A stretch of DNA of 64,000 nucleotides from Sporopachydermia quercuum (Eukaryota), in assembly GCA_001599295.1 (NCBI GenBank), contig BCGN01000007.1, positions 12,433 to 76,432 of the forward strand, written 5' to 3'. The translations under genes were made by a program, and so were the position numbers. The notes beneath the pieces were generated by a model. The model did not search any database and had not been told where the DNA came from. It saw nothing but the letters and a program-made list of their open reading frames with translations. Within the stretch, counting starts at the first letter, position 1, and each line of letters opens with the position of its first letter. Below are positions 60,616 through 64,000 of this stretch, one piece after another.

Positions 60616-61578
60616 TTATATCAAGTATGTCAAATACAAATCAAACTGTTTGGCAAATGGTCCCGAGCTGAAGGATCTGATCTTTGTCAAACCAGCCATA
60701 AATGCCAAAAATAACAACCCCATTGCTCCATACAATTTTCCATTGTTTTCCTTCTTTATTTGTCGGAACTTGGCTAATCCTGAGATAATATGATACGAAC
60801 CACCAGCACAGAGGCCTATGAATTTAAGCCAAGCTAGAACAGAATAGTTTTTCAAAGCATGTGAAACGTATGATAGAGATACAAATGCTGACGTACCATC
60901 TACCAGTAATGGGACTAATCGTGCAACATATATATGAATGGTCAGAAAGAATAATAAAGTATACCCAGAAAATGCCAGTGGGGTTAATCCGAATTTCCGA
61001 TAAACGAAAGCCGTTCTGCTTCCTAGGCCTAATAAAGATGTGATACCTCCTAACCCAGTAGCATCTTTATCAAGTGGTGGCTCATCATCGGACTTCAAAG
61101 TTCCATACTCTTTGATGCTGCCGTATAACTTTCTTCTTCTGTATTGTCTTATAAGCCTTAGAATCACTCCAGACAGCACATGAGTACCAATTGCTGTGTA
61201 TATTAAATACGGCTCAACACTTGGTGATTGGTACACTGTTCTGAAGAATTGCATTGTCTGATTGCCCACACTTTCTGAAACCAAAGGAGCAATAGCTACA
61301 GAAGCCGTGTGGACAGAGAAAAACGATAGAAATCCATAGGCGGATGTTTTCTGGGCAAGTCGCAATCCTGGAATGTATGTTGATGCTCTGAATAAGGGAT
61401 TTGGCTTTGGAGGTTCTTTGAAGTCTGGAATCTTTTTCAGCTCTTCGATACTTTCAACTGGTAATGGCGGTAGTTCTGTCAGTTCAATCGAGTCTAATCG
61501 CTTATGCTTATGTTGATGAGAGCCATGGTGACTCTGACTACGACTATGATGATGGATATGTGATTGCTTATCAGACAT
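60616..61578 (-). CDS. MCP1: Mitochondrial membrane protein, Mcp1/DUF1691-like
   Basis: Q..SAY.F..F...H, R.VYQ...E, HV.SG..LR, GLGGIT.LLGLG.R and YHI.SG with multiple TM segments. Confidence 0.7.
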   Translation of the reverse strand: MSDKQSHIHHHSRSQSHHGSHQHKHKRLDSIELTELPPLPVESIEELKKIPDFKEPPKPNPLFRASTYIPGLRLAQKTSAYGFLSFFSVHTASVAIAPLVSESVGNQTMQFFRTVYQSPSVEPYLIYTAIGTHVLSGVILRLIRQYRRRKLYGSIKEYGTLKSDDEPPLDKDATGLGGITSLLGLGSRTAFVYRKFGLTPLAFSGYTLLFFLTIHIYVARLVPLLVDGTSAFVSLSYVSHALKNYSVLAWLKFIGLCAGGSYHIISGLAKFRQIKKENNGKLYGAMGLLFLAFMAGLTKIRSFSSGPFAKQFDLYLTYLI

Positions 61579-62393
61579 TGTGATATAGATAAACGTGAGA
61601 AAATAAGGGTTTGCAAGAAACAGTTGTGGTTCTTGGATTGAGTAGTAACGACGAACCTTTGGTATGAGAACCTATGGAATTACCACAAGCTTTTCTTCGT
61701 CAGGTTGNCATTCTTATGTGAATCAGATTGAGTATTTTATTCAACATTTATCATCATTATTTACGCCATCAATACATTCTGTCTTTTCCACCTATGATCC
61801 AATAATGATCACTCAAATGGTAAGCGATGAGCAGGGGGCATACACAAGAGCAGAGAACTCTATGATAATGCGTGAGATAGTAATTGGGCAATGAAATATG
61901 AGATATAGACTTGAAATGATTACTGTAAATGAAGAAAAAAAGAGTGATCTACAGAATGTAGTTTTAGGAGATTCATGCAGTATAATATTGATTGCCATTA
62001 ATGATTTGACTAAACATAAATTCAGAATCTAATGTTCGAATAATTCTATTGGATACCTGTTTACTTTTTGGACAGTATACTTGACGCCTCATCTCCCCTA
62101 CTTATCACGTGAAGAGTGATAGTTATTTATATATTACACAATCATTTATTACAATTTCAAATGTTTGGGTGTTTTCCATTCTCATCTAAAAACTCACTGA
62201 CCATTTTTGTAAAGCAAGTGAAATTCATGAGCAAGAAAACTTGATTGCAGTGGAAACATATTAATGAGATCAACCTTTATATGAATGTATAGTCGTGATA
62301 TCAAGGGTAGCGGGCAAATAAAAAGGTTTATTCTTTGAGGTTACAACAAGCTTGAACTTGTTGTGTACATACGGATATCGTTAACCTGGCAAG

Positions 62394-63275
62394 ATGAGAA
62401 GGCATTTGAATAGGTATGTTGAGAGCATTTGTGACAGTCATGGTTTAGAACATGCCTTGGGTAGCAAGATATGGAAGAAGCAGTTGTTATGGAATGGCGT
62501 GCTATATGCAATATATCTTTCAATCATAGAAACTAACCTGGAACCATAGGTCATCATCACACCGTAAGGCATTGATCAGAAATCTCATCACCTCATTGAT
62601 TGAACATGAATCAATAGTCACAACACACGCCAAGGCTAAGGAAGCTCAAAAGTTTGCCGAGAGAGTACTCAACTTGGTTCGACGTCCCAATGTTGAAATT
62701 GCTAGACGAATAGCTCAAGCAAAGACCTTCGTAAGTACAATCGCGAAATAAAAATCAACTTTACTTCCATGATGTTGAAATCGAATATATGAACTAACAA
62801 TCATTCCATTTAGAACCCCAAGACTGTGTTACCGAAGATGTTTGGTGAATTGGCTGAACGATACAAGAACAGGGAACGTGGATTTACACGTGTTTTGCAT
62901 TTAGAACCAAGATTAGGTGATAATGCTCCTCAGGCAGTTCTAGAGCTGGTCGACAGCCCAAGAGAAATCAAACTATTCATGACAGCCAGAATAGTCGCTA
63001 GATTAGAAACTCAAAACTTACCAATAGATTCTTTAACACAAAAGAATGTTGACAAGCTTATTCGTGGACGATCAAATGGTGAAGCCATCTTCAGACAAGC
63101 TGTGGATACCATGAAGAAGGCTTTCTATGATCCAGAAACTTGCTCTGAAGAAATGAAAGCTAGTTTAGCAACCAATTTCCCAAGTAAGTCAAAACCTCAT
63201 AAGCACCAGAGATATGTTATGGTGCCAAGAAAAGATGCTGTAAAAGAAGAGGAAAGCTCTCAGCAAGCTAACTAG
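62394..63275 (+). CDS. MRPL8: Mitochondrial ribosomal protein bL17m, 220 aa; exons 62394-62413, 62550-62730, 62814-63275
   Basis: R.LNRSSSHRKAL.RNL..SLI.HESI.TT.AKAKE..., KMFGELA.RY..R.GFTRVL.LEPR.GDNAP...LELVD. Two canonical introns. Confidence 0.92.
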
Positions 63276-63593
63276 TAGGCCTGGGATTGTGGAATACTTT
63301 TTGTTAAGTTGGGATTATATTTGTTTGGCTATTCTACGGATTGATTTGGTTGCTTTGTGGTGAATTCCTTTATTGAACAATTATGTAAAAGCAGCTTCAT
63401 GTATATAATTTTTTTATTTTACATATGTCAAACAACGTAACCACTGCTCGTCTGTTGATGGTTTAACCAGTTGCTGAATAGAACAATGTCTTGGAATAAT
63501 TTTTACTTAGATTGTCGGAAAAAGAACCAAAAAAATCTACTGCATATCTAACGTACTTTACTTCACGTAATTAAAATCCAAATTGTATTAAAC

Positions 63594-64000
63594 TTATGCT
63601 ACAGGAGCATCCGATTCTTGCTTTTGAACAGCTTGCATCAACATCTGATTTGCCTTAAATAATAATCCCTTCGTCTTTTCAATGGTTTCTTGATAAACAC
63701 CTGTGACAGGGTTGTTCATAATAACAGTTCCTTCTGATTCATCAATCTTAACAATCATCTTGGTATCCTTGATCAAACTAGCAATCCACTTCTCACCTTG
63801 TTGTCTAGACAAGTTCAAGCTATTACATAGCTGTTCTAAATCAATTCTTTGATGGATACGGCAGTAAACTTCAGAAATCAAATATCTGGCTGATGATAAA
63901 AATAAATCGGTATGGCTGTTGAGGAAAAAGTCAGTTCTCAAAATAGCTTCAGACTCAGCCAATCTAGCTTGTGCTTCTTCGAAATCAAAATCAATGTACA
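63594..64000 (-). CDS. INT6: eIF3 subunit e (Int6), 3' part only
   Basis: FDFEEAQ..L...E.....DFFL, AR.LISE.YCRIHQRI and EKWI..LI.DT....KID (PCI domain). The gene continues beyond the window. Confidence 0.88.
   Translation of the reverse strand, partial: YIDFDFEEAQARLAESEAILRTDFFLNSHTDLFLSSARYLISEVYCRIHQRIDLEQLCNSLNLSRQQGEKWIASLIKDTKMIVKIDESEGTVIMNNPVTGVYQETIEKTKGLLFKANQMLMQAVQKQESDAPVA

Overview
Eukaryotic, yeast-like (Saccharomycotina-type) genomic window. CTG occurs at conserved Leu positions, so the standard genetic code applies. It holds 16 intact or partial protein genes: an NDP-glucose 4,6-dehydratase, ZPR1, CCH1, GPN3, HST4, RVB1, a 6-exon YwrD-type gamma-glutamyltransferase, SLY1, a UGA3-like Zn2Cys6 factor, GLT1, an F-box-like protein, TFB2, UTP17/NAN1, RPB10, MGM1, MCP1-like and MRPL8, plus the 3' end of eIF3e. 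I reconstructed 14 spliceosomal introns by hand; they have degenerate branch points and several are missed by the ORF track. The first ~2.9 kb holds decayed gene relics, one of them pepsin-like. No tRNA, rRNA, intact transposon or CRISPR was seen. I found no clearly new multi-gene system. The most unusual signals are: (i) a sharply bounded CpG/CCG-rich domain (~5.9-31 kb) whose edge falls inside SLY1; (ii) C->T/G->A-scarred relics; (iii) UGA3-GLT1 linkage with a rewired orientation; (iv) a Gcn4+Gcn4/Cbf1 composite element upstream of the GGT; and (v) candidate regulatory motifs (PxIxIT-like in Cch1, an SQ cluster in Hst4, an NLS-like extension on Zpr1). All gene identities come from recalled family motifs, not database searches.
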